Source: Macrostomum lignano (lineage: Eukaryota). From it: DNA of 64,000 nt. Under the pieces are notes generated by a model. It saw nothing but the letters and a program-made list of their open reading frames with translations. It was not told the origin of the DNA and did no database searches. Each line of letters opens with the position of its first letter. The first letter of the stretch is position 1. A program made the position numbers and the translations under genes. The stretch is taken from contig NIVC01001215.1 in assembly GCA_002269645.1 (NCBI GenBank), forward strand, positions 270,625-334,624. Reading direction: 5' to 3'. Shown piece by piece: positions 51,821 through 62,478 of the stretch.

Positions 51821-53101
51821 ATGGCTTCAATGAGGCTTCTGCTGCTGGCTTTTATGGGTGAGTAGCTGACGGAACTGTTTGTCAGGTACAGCAATGGGTC
51901 AGTTGCTGAAATGTCAGGTACAGCAGTGGGTCAGTTGCTGAAATGTCAGGTACAGCAGTGGGTCAGTTGCTGGAATGTCAGGTACAGCAGTGGGTCAGTT
52001 GCTGAAATGTCAGGTACAGCAGTGGGTCAGTTGCTGGAATGTCAGGTACAGCAGTGGATCAGTTGCTGGAATGTCAGGTACAGCAGTGGGTCAGTTGCTG
52101 GAATGTCAGGTACAGCAGTGGGTCAGTTGCTGAAATGTCAGGTACAGCAATGGGTCAGTTGCGGGAATGTCAGGTACAGCAGTGGATCAGTTGCTGGAAT
52201 GTCAGGTACAGCAGTGGGTCAGTTGCCCAGTTATCGGGTTTATGTGTAGTTGAGGGTCAGGTTCCAGGTTGTCAGGCGCAGCACTGGCTGAGGCCGCAGT
52301 CACTCAGAGCCGCTGTGTCCCGCAGGCTTGGCCTGCCACCCATCGCTGGTGAGGGCCGCCAGCTCCTCCTGCCTGCCCGCCAGCCCTGGCTGGCAGATGC
52401 GCTACGAGCAGGACCTGGGAGTCTGCCACTACTTCCGCGCCGCGGGCAGCCGGCAGCAGGTGAACTTCAGCACGGCCGAGAGCTGGTGCAGAGACGCCAC
52501 CAGCGTGTCGAACTTGGCCAGCATTCGCCTGGTGCGCCTGAGCACCGACCAGCAGCGAACCCTGGTGGTGCGCGCCCTGACTCAGGTCGGCATCGGCTAC
52601 AGCAACCTTTGGACCGAGGCCCAGTGCAACGGTGAGAGACCTGGCCGAGCCTTCATCGGGTTAATCAGTTTGTCAGTTTGCGGGGGCTTCGGGCATAATA
52701 CTAGTAGCTCGCAATTGCAAGAGGGCTGTGGGTGCCCTGCAGCAACATCGCAACATCGTCATACAACCAGCGCGCTGAGGCAATTCTAGCCATTCCGCTG
52801 ACACTCGGTGGAATGTACACTCTGTGGCTCTTGAGCTGCTCCGCCCCTCATCAGGTTGATGGAGTGGACGGAAACCAGGAATTTCCCCACTGTCTGTCAA
52901 TTCCCGCAGGCTCGACAAACCGCTACTCCTGGGGCACCGGCAGCGAGGTCACCGAGCTGAAATCGGTGGCCTGCAACAGCTCGCTAGCCGTCAAGTTCAC
53001 CGGACACGTCATCCCCGCCGCTGACGGCAGCTACAAGGTGAACAGCGTCTTCTCGGCCGTTACTCTGGACAACCTCGGCACCACCGTGTGCGAGTACGAC
53101 G
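51821..53101 (+). CDS. 5' part (3 exons: 51821-51857, 52326-52631, 52910-53101) of a paralog of the lectin-Sushi gene; downstream exons not in the window
   Basis: Signal peptide MASMRLLLLAFMGLAC..; CLPASPGWQMRYEQDLGVCHYF..NFSTAESWC..LWTEAQCN|G..RYSWGTGSEVT..VAC..TTVCEYD|G parallels exons 2-3 of the upstream gene with the same phase-1 introns. Confidence 0.8.
51880..52230. repeat. 32-bp intronic minisatellite AATGTCAGGTACAGCAGTGGGTCAGTTGCTG(A/G)
   Basis: Period 32 (51901 to 51933). Confidence 0.93.
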
Positions 53102-53265
53102 GTGAGTATACGCTGTGTGACCCGGCTTCACGAGTTCTTCTTGTGTATCACAACGCCCACCTGCTCAATTAACGACCCGAGTAATTCACCATCTTCACCA
53201 ATTCAACTACATCACAAATTCACCCACATCGCCAGTTCACCCAAATCACCAATAGGGGGGGGGGG

Positions 53266-53972
53266 TTCGAGGTTTTCGGGGTTTTGCACAATTATCAATT
53301 TTAAGTCGTTAATTAATGTTCAGCCAGTTCTGAATCTATGCAAAATGCACAGTGCGAACAATTTACTGTGACCTTCAGATATATGTAGGTTGTGTATTTG
53401 GGCAAGTGTATGATGTGTGAGTGTATCGAATTGAATTACAAAGCTGTACGCATGGGAAAAGCAGAACAGAGTTTTTTCGCTAGCTTTTTGTCTGCTTGCC
53501 AAGGTACTCGTACGCTCGTATGACTTGAATGCACAAAAACTTTTTACTCGTCAAAAGCACTTATGACTTCATTTACTTTTTATTTAACGTGAGATAAGGA
53601 AAGGAATTACCCAAAGCCAACATACTTTTCCAGGAATCGGTGGCGTAAGCGCTTTTTGCCTCAGGGACTCTAGCAATTGCATTTAAATTTCCTGAACGGT
53701 TGAAAATGTATTATTGGTTTGCATATTTAAAGAATAATAACTCTGTGTTTTACGTCGGCGCCCAAACTGTTTCCAATTAGAGTAAAGTACAAAGAAGCGA
53801 TGTATTGTAACCAAATAGCGTATTTATTCAATAAAATGGTTGACCAATTCACTGTAAAAAAATCGAAGCTAGATTCGGGGTCTTGTCGGGTTTCGGTACC
53901 GGGTTCGGGGTTCGGGGTTTGAAAAAATGTTCGGGTCGGGGTACCGGGTTCGAGGTGCACCCAAACCTCGAA
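53266..53972. mobile_element. Possible MITE-like element with imperfect inverted ends
   Basis: TTCGAGGTTT (53266) / AAACCTCGAA (53963); TTCGGG-rich subterminal motifs. No TSD confirmed. Confidence 0.3.
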
Positions 53973-54000
53973 GAAATTGCCGTCAGTAGTAGGGCGAATT

Positions 54001-54420
54001 ATGATACTGCCGCACTAGCACTGGCGAGATAGGCGGCAATGCAAATGTATAGGGAAAAATACACTGCGGAGATATGAGCCCTATCTCTGTGCATTGGGGA
54101 CGGCTAAGCACTGCAGAGATATGAGCTCTATCTCTGTGCATTGGGGACGGCTAAGCACTGCAGAGATATGAGCTCTATCTCTGTGCATTGGGGACGGCTA
54201 AGCACTGCAGAGATATGAGCTCTATCTCTGTGCATTGGGGACGGCTAAGCACTGCAGAGATATGAGCTCTATCTCTGTGCATTGGGGACGGCTAAGCACT
54301 GCGGAGATAGAGGCGATTCATGATACTGCCGCACTAGCGCTGGCGAGATAGGCGGCAAAAAGGATATAGGAAAAATACACTGCGGAGAGGATCCTATCTC
54401 TGTGCATTGGGAACGGCTAA
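54001..54420. repeat. Structured subterminal region of the Polinton: two ~40-bp direct repeats (ATGATACTGCCGCACTAGC.CTGGCGAGATAGGCGGCAA at 54001 and 54320) around about 5 copies of a 47-bp unit
   Basis: GATATGAG at 54071, 54118, 54165, 54212, 54259. Confidence 0.88.
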
Positions 54421-54759
54421 ACATTGCAGAGATAAGAGGGGTGGCCAATCTCTGTGCTCTGTGTTAGGGTAAGGTTATAAAGTTTTACAACTGCACAGAG
54501 GACGGCTGGTGTTGCTTACCTGGATAAGGGGACGGGGGGATACACTAATTACAGCCAGTGGCCTCTATAACGGTAAAGTAATTATTACCTGAGCATGGCT
54601 GGATGTTCATATACGATATGATAAGGAGAGGGCATGCATGTACAAATTACTATATAAGCAGCCACGCAAGTACAAATAAACAAATAGACAAAAACAAATT
54701 GTATAAAAGGATTTTTAAAAACCTTACTACTTCTAAAAAACAACTCTTTCTCTTTCAAA

Positions 54760-56178
54760 ATGAAAACTTTTAAAAGTTGTCATAGAGACCTCTATGAGGT
54801 CTGTATAAGCTGCGAAGTGTGCCTGCTTGGAGGCGTGTCCCCAAGACACCACGAGAATGAGAACTGTCTGGTCTCATGCTGGTTGGCATGCGACCAGTGC
54901 GGCACCGTCGAAGCTCTGCAGGAGGGAAAAATTCCAGCATATCATCGAGGACACAAGATCGTCAGCGATGACAAGAAAAAGCAAGAAAGTAACCGCTGGA
55001 AAGTAATCCGCGCCATCAAAAAGAGCAACGAGAGAGAAAAGAAGAGCCAGCAGAAAAAGGGAGCCAGCAGGAGTCTGCTATCAGCTCACTTGAGTCAAGT
55101 AATTGACTCTACATTGAAGAGGATGAGGCCAAGCGGGTCTTCAGCAGCTGCAGAATTTGAAGTTGAGCTGTCTGCTGGAGTCGAGGCTGCTGGAGTCGAG
55201 GCTGCTGGAGTCGAGGCCGCTGGAGTCGAGGCTGCTGGAGTCGAGGCTGCTGGAGTCGAGGCTGCTGGAGTCGAGGCCGCTGGAGTCGAGGCTGCTGGAG
55301 TCGAGGCTGCTGGAGTCGAGGCTGCTGCTGTCATAAACTTCATAGAGGAAGATGTCCTGGATCAGTTCCTCAGGGAATTCAACGCTGGTCAGCAGCAGCA
55401 GCAGCAGCAACCTGTCTCTTCGGTTCCGGTGATTGCTGGAAAACAACTTCATCTAATTGAAGACGACCACGAAATGGAAATCCTAGAAGAGGAGGGCAGC
55501 GACAATGAGTCGCATAATGCAATTGTGCCACCTGCAGCTCCAGCCGCCCCAGCTGCTCTGGCCGCCCCAGCTGCTCTGGCCGCCCCAGCTGCTCTGGCCG
55601 CCCCAGCTGCTCTGGCCGCCCCAGCTGCTCTGGCCGCCCCAGCTGCTCCAGCCGCCCCAGCTGCTCTGGCCGCCCCAGCTGCTCCAGCCGCCCCAGCTGC
55701 TCTGGCCGCCCCAGCTGCTCTGGCCGCCCCAGCTGCTCTGTCCGCCCCAGCTGCTCTGTCCGCCCCAGCTGCTCTGGCCGCCCCAGCTGCTCTGGCCGCC
55801 CCAGCTGCTCTGGCCGCCCCAGCTGCTCCAGCCGCCCCAGCTGCTCTGGCCGCCCCAGCTGCTCTGGCCGCCCCAGCTGCTCTGGCCGCCCCAGCTGCTC
55901 TGGCCGCCCCAGCTGCTCTGGCTGCCCCAGCTGCTCCAGCCGCCCCAGCTGCTCTGGCCGCCCCAGCTGCTCCAGCCGCCCCAGCTGCTCTGGCCGCCCC
56001 AGCTGCTCTGGCTGCCCCAGCTGCTCCAGCCGCCCCAGCTGCAGCCTCTACAATTCCAGCTTCTCAATCCGAAACTCCACCCGTGCCAGCTGGAGTTGCC
56101 TTCTTTCTGCCTCCTGTCGGCGGGGCTGGGTACGAGGTAACGATTTTCGAAAATCGTATTAGAATTGTGCCGCTGTGA
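54760..56178 (+). CDS. Polinton accessory ORF (472 aa): Cys/His-rich N-terminus, basic segment, in-frame (AAGVE)n, poly-Q and (AAP-AAL)n expansions; function unknown
   Basis: ATG in CAAAATG context, TATATAA at about 54652; non-repetitive N- and C-terminal parts; repeat units of 15 and 18 bp keep the frame. Confidence 0.65.
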   Translation: MKTFKSCHRDLYEVCISCEVCLLGGVSPRHHENENCLVSCWLACDQCGTVEALQEGKIPAYHRGHKIVSDDKKKQESNRWKVIRAIKKSNEREKKSQQKKGASRSLLSAHLSQVIDSTLKRMRPSGSSAAAEFEVELSAGVEAAGVEAAGVEAAGVEAAGVEAAGVEAAGVEAAGVEAAGVEAAGVEAAAVINFIEEDVLDQFLREFNAGQQQQQQQPVSSVPVIAGKQLHLIEDDHEMEILEEEGSDNESHNAIVPPAAPAAPAALAAPAALAAPAALAAPAALAAPAALAAPAAPAAPAALAAPAAPAAPAALAAPAALAAPAALSAPAALSAPAALAAPAALAAPAALAAPAAPAAPAALAAPAALAAPAALAAPAALAAPAALAAPAAPAAPAALAAPAAPAAPAALAAPAALAAPAAPAAPAAASTIPASQSETPPVPAGVAFFLPPVGGAGYEVTIFENRIRIVPL

Positions 56179-57062
56179 CTAAGCAATTTTTGTACTTTTT
56201 TGCTTTCTGTGTGGAGTGAGAAATCTACCCATTTATTGCAATTATTGCTAAAACTTTATTTCAACTAGCTTTTTAAAGTTGAAAGTAGGTACATTAATTA
56301 ATGATTTGATCATCTCATAACTCTGTATTCGCTTCTAGGAATCTTGCTTATAAGTTTTCAGTTTTCATTTCCAAATTAGTTTTAAAAAAAGCTCGTAGCT
56401 CGTAGTGGCAACCAATATTTTTTTGGTATCCGAGGTAAAAAAAAATTATTTGAAAAGTAGGTGAAACATTATACAGTTGAATTTAACAAATTAAAATCAA
56501 CATAACATACTTTCAATAAATTGGTGATGGTTTCGTATGCTTGGTGCGATTGATTAGGTATAATTTTCTTTCTACTGCTTTGATGCGGTGTTTCCTCATT
56601 CTTTAATTATTGAACTTTTCAGCTATATTTCTGCTTCTAAACTCTCGTCTGTATTTGTAATTCATTGTTCCATGCATTGTTTATTGACTATGATTGCACC
56701 ATGTGAATTCGATATTTTTTTAAAAAATATATATATAATGTCAGCATTTTTCCACTCGGTGATTGGTTTGTTAATTAACTATTGGCTTCATTTTGCATTT
56801 TTTACCGATTGAGTCTGCGTAGGAGGCAAATAGAAACGAACTTTTACGAATAGGGATCAATAGAATATGCATGCAGAGAGCTAGCTTAAGGGAGAACCAA
56901 AAAAATATAACCAGCATCTACTAGCTTGTAAGTGTGGATATTGTACCAGTATTGCAGCAATAAAGACTTACGAAAAAAGATTTCAAATATTCACTCCCAG
57001 TTGCTTATGACACTCAGTTGCAGCCAGTAAACACTGTCAGCTTTTAACTGCTTGCCTTTTCT

Positions 57063-60000
57063 ATGGTTGAGCACTCCTGGATGGAGCAGGAGAATGACCA
57101 CTCATGGATGGAGAATGACCACTCATGGATGGAGAATGACCACTCATGGATGGAGAATGACCACTCATGGATGGAGAATGGCCACTCGTGGATGGAGGAT
57201 GACCACTCGTGGATCGAGTATGACCACCCTTGGGTGGACCATGACGTCAGCAGCGAGTCAGCAGCCAGCAGCGAGTCGGCAGCCAGCAGCGAGTCAGCAG
57301 CCAGCAGCGAGTCAGCAGCCAGCAGCGAGTCAGCAGCCAGCAGCGAGTCAGCAGCCAGCAGCGAGTCAGCAGCCAGCAGCGAGTCAGCAGCCAGCAGCGA
57401 GTCAGCAGCCAACAGCGAGTCGGTGACTGATGCACACCAAGGTAAGTGCCTTTATTTATCCTTTTCAACTTACTTAAAAATTTTCTTATCAATGCGATGT
57501 ATATTATGCAGTCTAAAATTTTAGTCCAAAGAATGGGAGAAGGGGAGATAAAAGACTTTATACCGGTAGGGTTGTACATGTATGCTTGGGTACAGACGTT
57601 TAGTTTAGTATCTTTGATATTTGAAACTATAGGCAGCAAAAAACAAAAATATTATCCTAAAACCACAAACCAGGTTCAACAGTCAGCTTCAGCAGAGTTG
57701 CCCAAGCCTATGATCAATCACTGGAAATACTGAGGCTCAGATCGAGTCACCCAGACACGCTTCCGTCAGAATTTTTTGTCCAAGCTGGAGACAAAATTAT
57801 TGAGGCAGTTCAGCAAAGAATTTCAAGACATCATTACAAAGTTCAGCTAAAGGCGAATATTCGAATGGTCCGAATAAGAGATGGGGAGATGCTTGCCGAA
57901 GAGGACAGATGGATAAGCTGTAAAATGCAGGCCCTAGACCTAGGTGGTGAAGCAGGCCGTTTAAACAACTGGTTGATTGAGCAGGAGCAGGAGTTGGAGA
58001 GGATCTGTAGTATGATTAATACGAACGGCAGTGGCTGGACAATTAAACAAATTAATTTTCTAGACATCAACCTTGCCAGGTACAATCCAATTCGATTTCG
58101 CCAGGGCAGAGCCGTTAGATTCAATCTTCCTGCCAGTTTGAAGAACAAAAAGGCTGTTATCAATCCACCGAGCACAGGCAAAGACTGTTTCCTGTACGCC
58201 TGTCTCGCTGCACTGCACAGCGCCGATCCGAAAGTTCAGAAATCGCCCAACAGAATATCCTCTTACGATGAATGGTTGCGTGAGCTGGACTTTGCAGAAA
58301 TCTCCATGCCAGTGAGTGTCGCTGATATCGATCGCGTCGAGTCTAACAATCCAGGAATTTGCATTTCTGCGTTCTCTTGGCAGCAGGGCAGTGTGACTCT
58401 TCTCCGTCGCCGCAAGCATGAGTCAGATGACCGAAGACACCTCATGCTTTTGCTAGTTAAAGACAGCTACGGATCGGAGCACTGGTGTGCAATTACTAAT
58501 TTTGACAGGTTAATGAACAGTCGTAATGGTCCCGCCATGAGGAAGTGGTGCACGAAATGTTTAACATCATTTTATAGCAACGAGAGGCTTCAAGAGCACA
58601 GGAACGAATGCAGCATTACTGCAGAAAATCCTGTCAAAGAAACGCTTCCAGTTCCAGGACAGAATGAAATAAAGTTCCGAAACTGTCAAAACACTGTCAG
58701 TCCACCATTCGTTGCCTATGCCGACCTGGAAGCCATTTTGCGAGCGAACACAGACCCTGCTAACCTGATCTCAAAGCATGAACCATGTGCAGCAGCTTTT
58801 CTTGCAGTGCCTCGTGAAGGCATGACAGGACCTCCGCTTAGGCCAGAAGGAGACATGTACAAGGTCTTTTGCAATGCGGACCCTGATGAGTGTATCCTTG
58901 GTTTTCTCAAATCTCTTGAAAGCCTGGCTCAGGATATATTTCACTGGAACCAGAAGCATAGCCACCAGCCGGCTGACCGATCATCCGCGACCGTCATGGA
59001 TGATTTCAATTCTGCTGAGGTATGTCACTACTGCAAGAAGAACTTTAAAAGTTCTACAGATAAACATTTTGACCACGATCATTTAAATGGACAGTACAAA
59101 GGTGCAGCATGTCAAGAATGCAACCTGCGAGCACAGCTCCGACGCCGGTTTCTGCCCCTGGTTTTTCACAACTTAGGCGGCTACGACCTTCATCTTCTAC
59201 TTTCCACTGCGCTTGGGAGCATGAAAAATTGGAAACTTAGTGTTGTTCCGCAATCATCCGAGCGATACTTGTCACTAAGGGCGGAATTCCCTGTTGCAAG
59301 TTACGTAAAGAACGGAAAAGTTGTGCCAATCATGTTTACAATTCAGTTCATCGACTCGCTCTGCTTTTTGAAGGGAAGTTTGTCCAATTTGTTTGCTAAT
59401 CTTCCCGAAGCTGAATGCAAGCTGACAATGCAAATGCTTGAGTCAAGACCACATCTTTCAAGAGAGCTACTTCGAAAAAAAGGGATTTTCCCATATGATT
59501 ACCTCACAGGATTTGAGATTCTCGAGCAGTCGGTTTTGCCGCCTAAAGATGCTTTTTTTAATCGACTTTCCGATCGGGGAATTTCCGACGACGACTACAA
59601 TAGAGCAAGAGCGGCATGGGCGGCATTTCAATGCAAAAGTTTGAAGGATTATATGCTCGCCTATCTTGAAATGGATGTAAGGCAGCTGGCTGACATTTTC
59701 GAGACATTCCGACAGGCCAGTCTGAAAGAGGACGGATTGGATCCGGTACACTACTTTACTACTCCTGGTTTGTCTTACGACTCAGCTCTAAAGTCGACTG
59801 GAGTGGTTCTAGAGCAGCTGACTGATGCTGACATGTATCATCTGTTTGAGAAGGGAATACGAGGAGGCATGTCCTTCATTAATGTGCATTGCGTCAAAGG
59901 TAATAATCCTAGCTTGCCAGGTTATGATGATCAGCAAGAGAGTGTAAGCCTCATGCCGATCGATATGAACAACTTGTATGGCTTTGCCCTGTCGCTTCCG

Positions 60001-61323
60001 CTTCCATGCAGGGAATTCAGGTGGGTACCGGAACAGGAAATCCAGTTCTGGGACTCCAATCGGTTTCTGTCACTCAATCCAGAAGCCGAGATCGCCTACC
60101 TTGTTCAACTCGATCTAGAATACCCAGCTGAGATTCACGATTCGACTCAGGAGTTACCGTTTGCACCTGAAAAATCAAAACCACAGCCAGATCAATTCTC
60201 GCCGTACATGGCCGAACTATGGAAAGAGATTGCTGAACAGCGAACTGGCAATGCTGAAGCTAAGTTTCAAGCAACGGAGAAGCTTCTACTCACCTGTACC
60301 GACAAGGATTCTTACGTAGTTCACAGCACCGTTTTAAGATTTTACCTGCAACACGGAATGCGGATCAAGTGCGTCAAAAAAATGATTTCGTTCAAGCAGG
60401 AAAATATTTTCGCGCCGTACATTGCCAGCAACAATGAAAAAAGAGCTTTGGCAACTTCCGAGTTTGCTAAGGATTTTTACAAATTGAAAAACAATTCTCT
60501 CTTTGGAAAAACTATGGAGAACGTTCGAAAAAGATGCGATGTTCGAATTTGCACTAACCAGACTCAAGCAGAAACTTGCGCCTCTCGACCAAACTGTGCC
60601 GCATTCTCGATTATCAATGAGTCGTTGAGCATTTTTCAGCTCAAAAAAGATAAAGTCACGCTTGACAAGGCCATTTTCGTTGGCCAGGCAGTTCTCGATC
60701 TCTCTAAGATGGCCATGTACAGCCTACTATATGACAGGCTCCGACCGCTGTTCTGTCATTCAGACGGTTCCAGAGACATGATGCTTTGCGGAGGTGATAC
60801 TGACTCATTTTTTCTAGCTTTCAAGAATCATGATTTAACATCGGAGGTAATCCCGAAGCTTAGAGAGGAAAAAATACTTGACACATCCAACTATTCTCGA
60901 GACCATCCGCATTTCTCTGAAGAGTTAAAAGGAAAGCTGGGCTGCGTTAAAGATGAATCTGCTGGTGGAATTTACCAGGAGTGGATTCTTTTGCGTCCAA
61001 AACTTTATTCGTTTCTCCCTGCCGAGAATTCGAGTGCAAAGATCAAGAAAACTGCCAAAGGCGTGAAGCAGTCAGTAGTAAGACAGCAAATTTCGCATGC
61101 GAACTATGTCGACGCGTTCGAGTCCAAGCAAGAGCAGATGGTTGCCATGACAGCGATTGTTTCCAAGAAACACGAAATCTTCACGTCGGTCATGGAGAAA
61201 AGAAGCCTATCGGTGTGGGAGGATAAGCGAGTGTGGCTTAGCAGTAATCGAAGCCTGCCCTACGGACACTATGCGCTGACGCCCGCATCCCACGATCAGC
61301 TGAAGCGCATCCGACTGGTCTAG
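57063..61323 (+). CDS. polB: Protein-primed family B DNA polymerase (pPolB) with N-terminal TP/OTU-like region, C2H2-like finger and endonuclease VII-like insert; predicted 2 exons (57063-57441, 57674-61323; 1342 aa)
   Basis: ExoI YADLEAIL, ExoII FHNLGGYDLH, ExoIII YLEMDV, PolA DMNNLYG, PolB KLKNNSLFGK, PolC GGDTDS; GSGW..INPPSTGKDCFLYA..EHW N-terminal motifs typical of Polinton PolB. The main ORF is certain; the first exon is inferred. Confidence 0.95.
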
Positions 61324-61905
61324 TGCGGGTGTTTAACAGACTGTTTAGTACTTTTTCTTGCTTTTAGAGTTGTTTAAATTGCCAAATTCTGTTTTAAATG
61401 TAGTGACTTGCATGTAGTAACTTTTACAAATTTGTATGCTTGGCTAATTGCGCTAGATTTAGCTGTCAATTTGTTTTTGCGGCGTGAAATATTGATATCA
61501 ATTTAAGTTTTACTTTTTATAAAGCTGTGTGGCAAGTGCGCTCATACAATATTAATTCATTTTTGTTTGCTTTGTGTACTACTTGTTTAAAATGTGTTTT
61601 TGGTTTTTATCTGACACAAATTGTTCCTGTAAATTCAATCAGCGTTTTAATCATATTTTCTCTATCACTTTTCTATTTCTCTTCTCTCGGTGCACATCGT
61701 TTGTTATAACGATGGTAGTATTGTTTACTTTCGGATTTGATATGCGTTTTGCGATACTTTTGGTGATGGGCTAAATACGTTTTTGAAGTGTTCCATAGCT
61801 GTCTGCCTGGGAAAATGAATGTAAAGAATACCAAGTTTATCCTTTTATTCACTTTTCACTAATCATTGAAATATTTGCGGCAAATTGCTTGACTTGACTT
61901 TATTT

Positions 61906-62478
61906 TTATTCAATGGAAAGAACTACATTGAGTAGACGCATGCTATCGGTATGCAACTGATTCAAGGACCGAGCTCCACTGAGAACAAAAGAGCCGCTGT
62001 GAAAAAGCAGACATTTACAAAAGTTTAAATTGAAAATTAAAGCAGAAAAGGATTCTGGTTCATATTCGGCGTTTGGGATAATTGATTTTAACATTAATAA
62101 GGAAAGTGCGGAATGAACTGGGAGCTGTCCATGAGCAGTAATAGTTTTAATTCGAACACAAATTGTTTGATGAGGCAGCAGTTGAGCCGGCACTCTCCGA
62201 TGCAGCATAGCCACGAAGCGACGGGCAGCCCTTTTGGCGTCTGCGTGGGTCTTGGCACCGCAGATGCTCAGTTGCCCAGTAGGGTAGAGTAGGAGAGTCA
62301 CTCTGGGAATCCGCATCCGCTTGATGAGCACCCGGGGCCAGACGGGCCGGTAGATCACATGAGCCATGCTGAGAGCCAGTTCCCGTAGAGGCAGCTGAGC
62401 GCCCCTGCCACCATCCAGTCTCAGATCTACTCCGCCAACCAGATTGGTCACTCTTAGGGCTGTAGCTGGTGGGCTCAT
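61906..62478 (-). CDS. Divergent TATA-binding protein (TBP)-fold protein (190 aa from ATG 62478)
   Basis: Two TBP repeats: VTNLVG..IYRP..RVTLLLYPTGQLSICGAKTHADAKRAARRF (cf. QNIVS..[33 protein letters not shown]) and AEYEPESFSALIF..LLFHSGSFVLSGARS (cf. SYEPELFPGLIY..LIFVSGKVVLTGAK). Confidence 0.88.
   Translation of the reverse strand: MSPPATALRVTNLVGGVDLRLDGGRGAQLPLRELALSMAHVIYRPVWPRVLIKRMRIPRVTLLLYPTGQLSICGAKTHADAKRAARRFVAMLHRRVPAQLLPHQTICVRIKTITAHGQLPVHSALSLLMLKSIIPNAEYEPESFSALIFNLNFCKCLLFHSGSFVLSGARSLNQLHTDSMRLLNVVLSIE

Noticed and set aside
56137-57062. Splicing of the 472-aa ORF (GAG|GTAACG) onto the polB first exon
   Set aside because: All phase-0 acceptors checked near 57000-57040 lead to stops before 57075.
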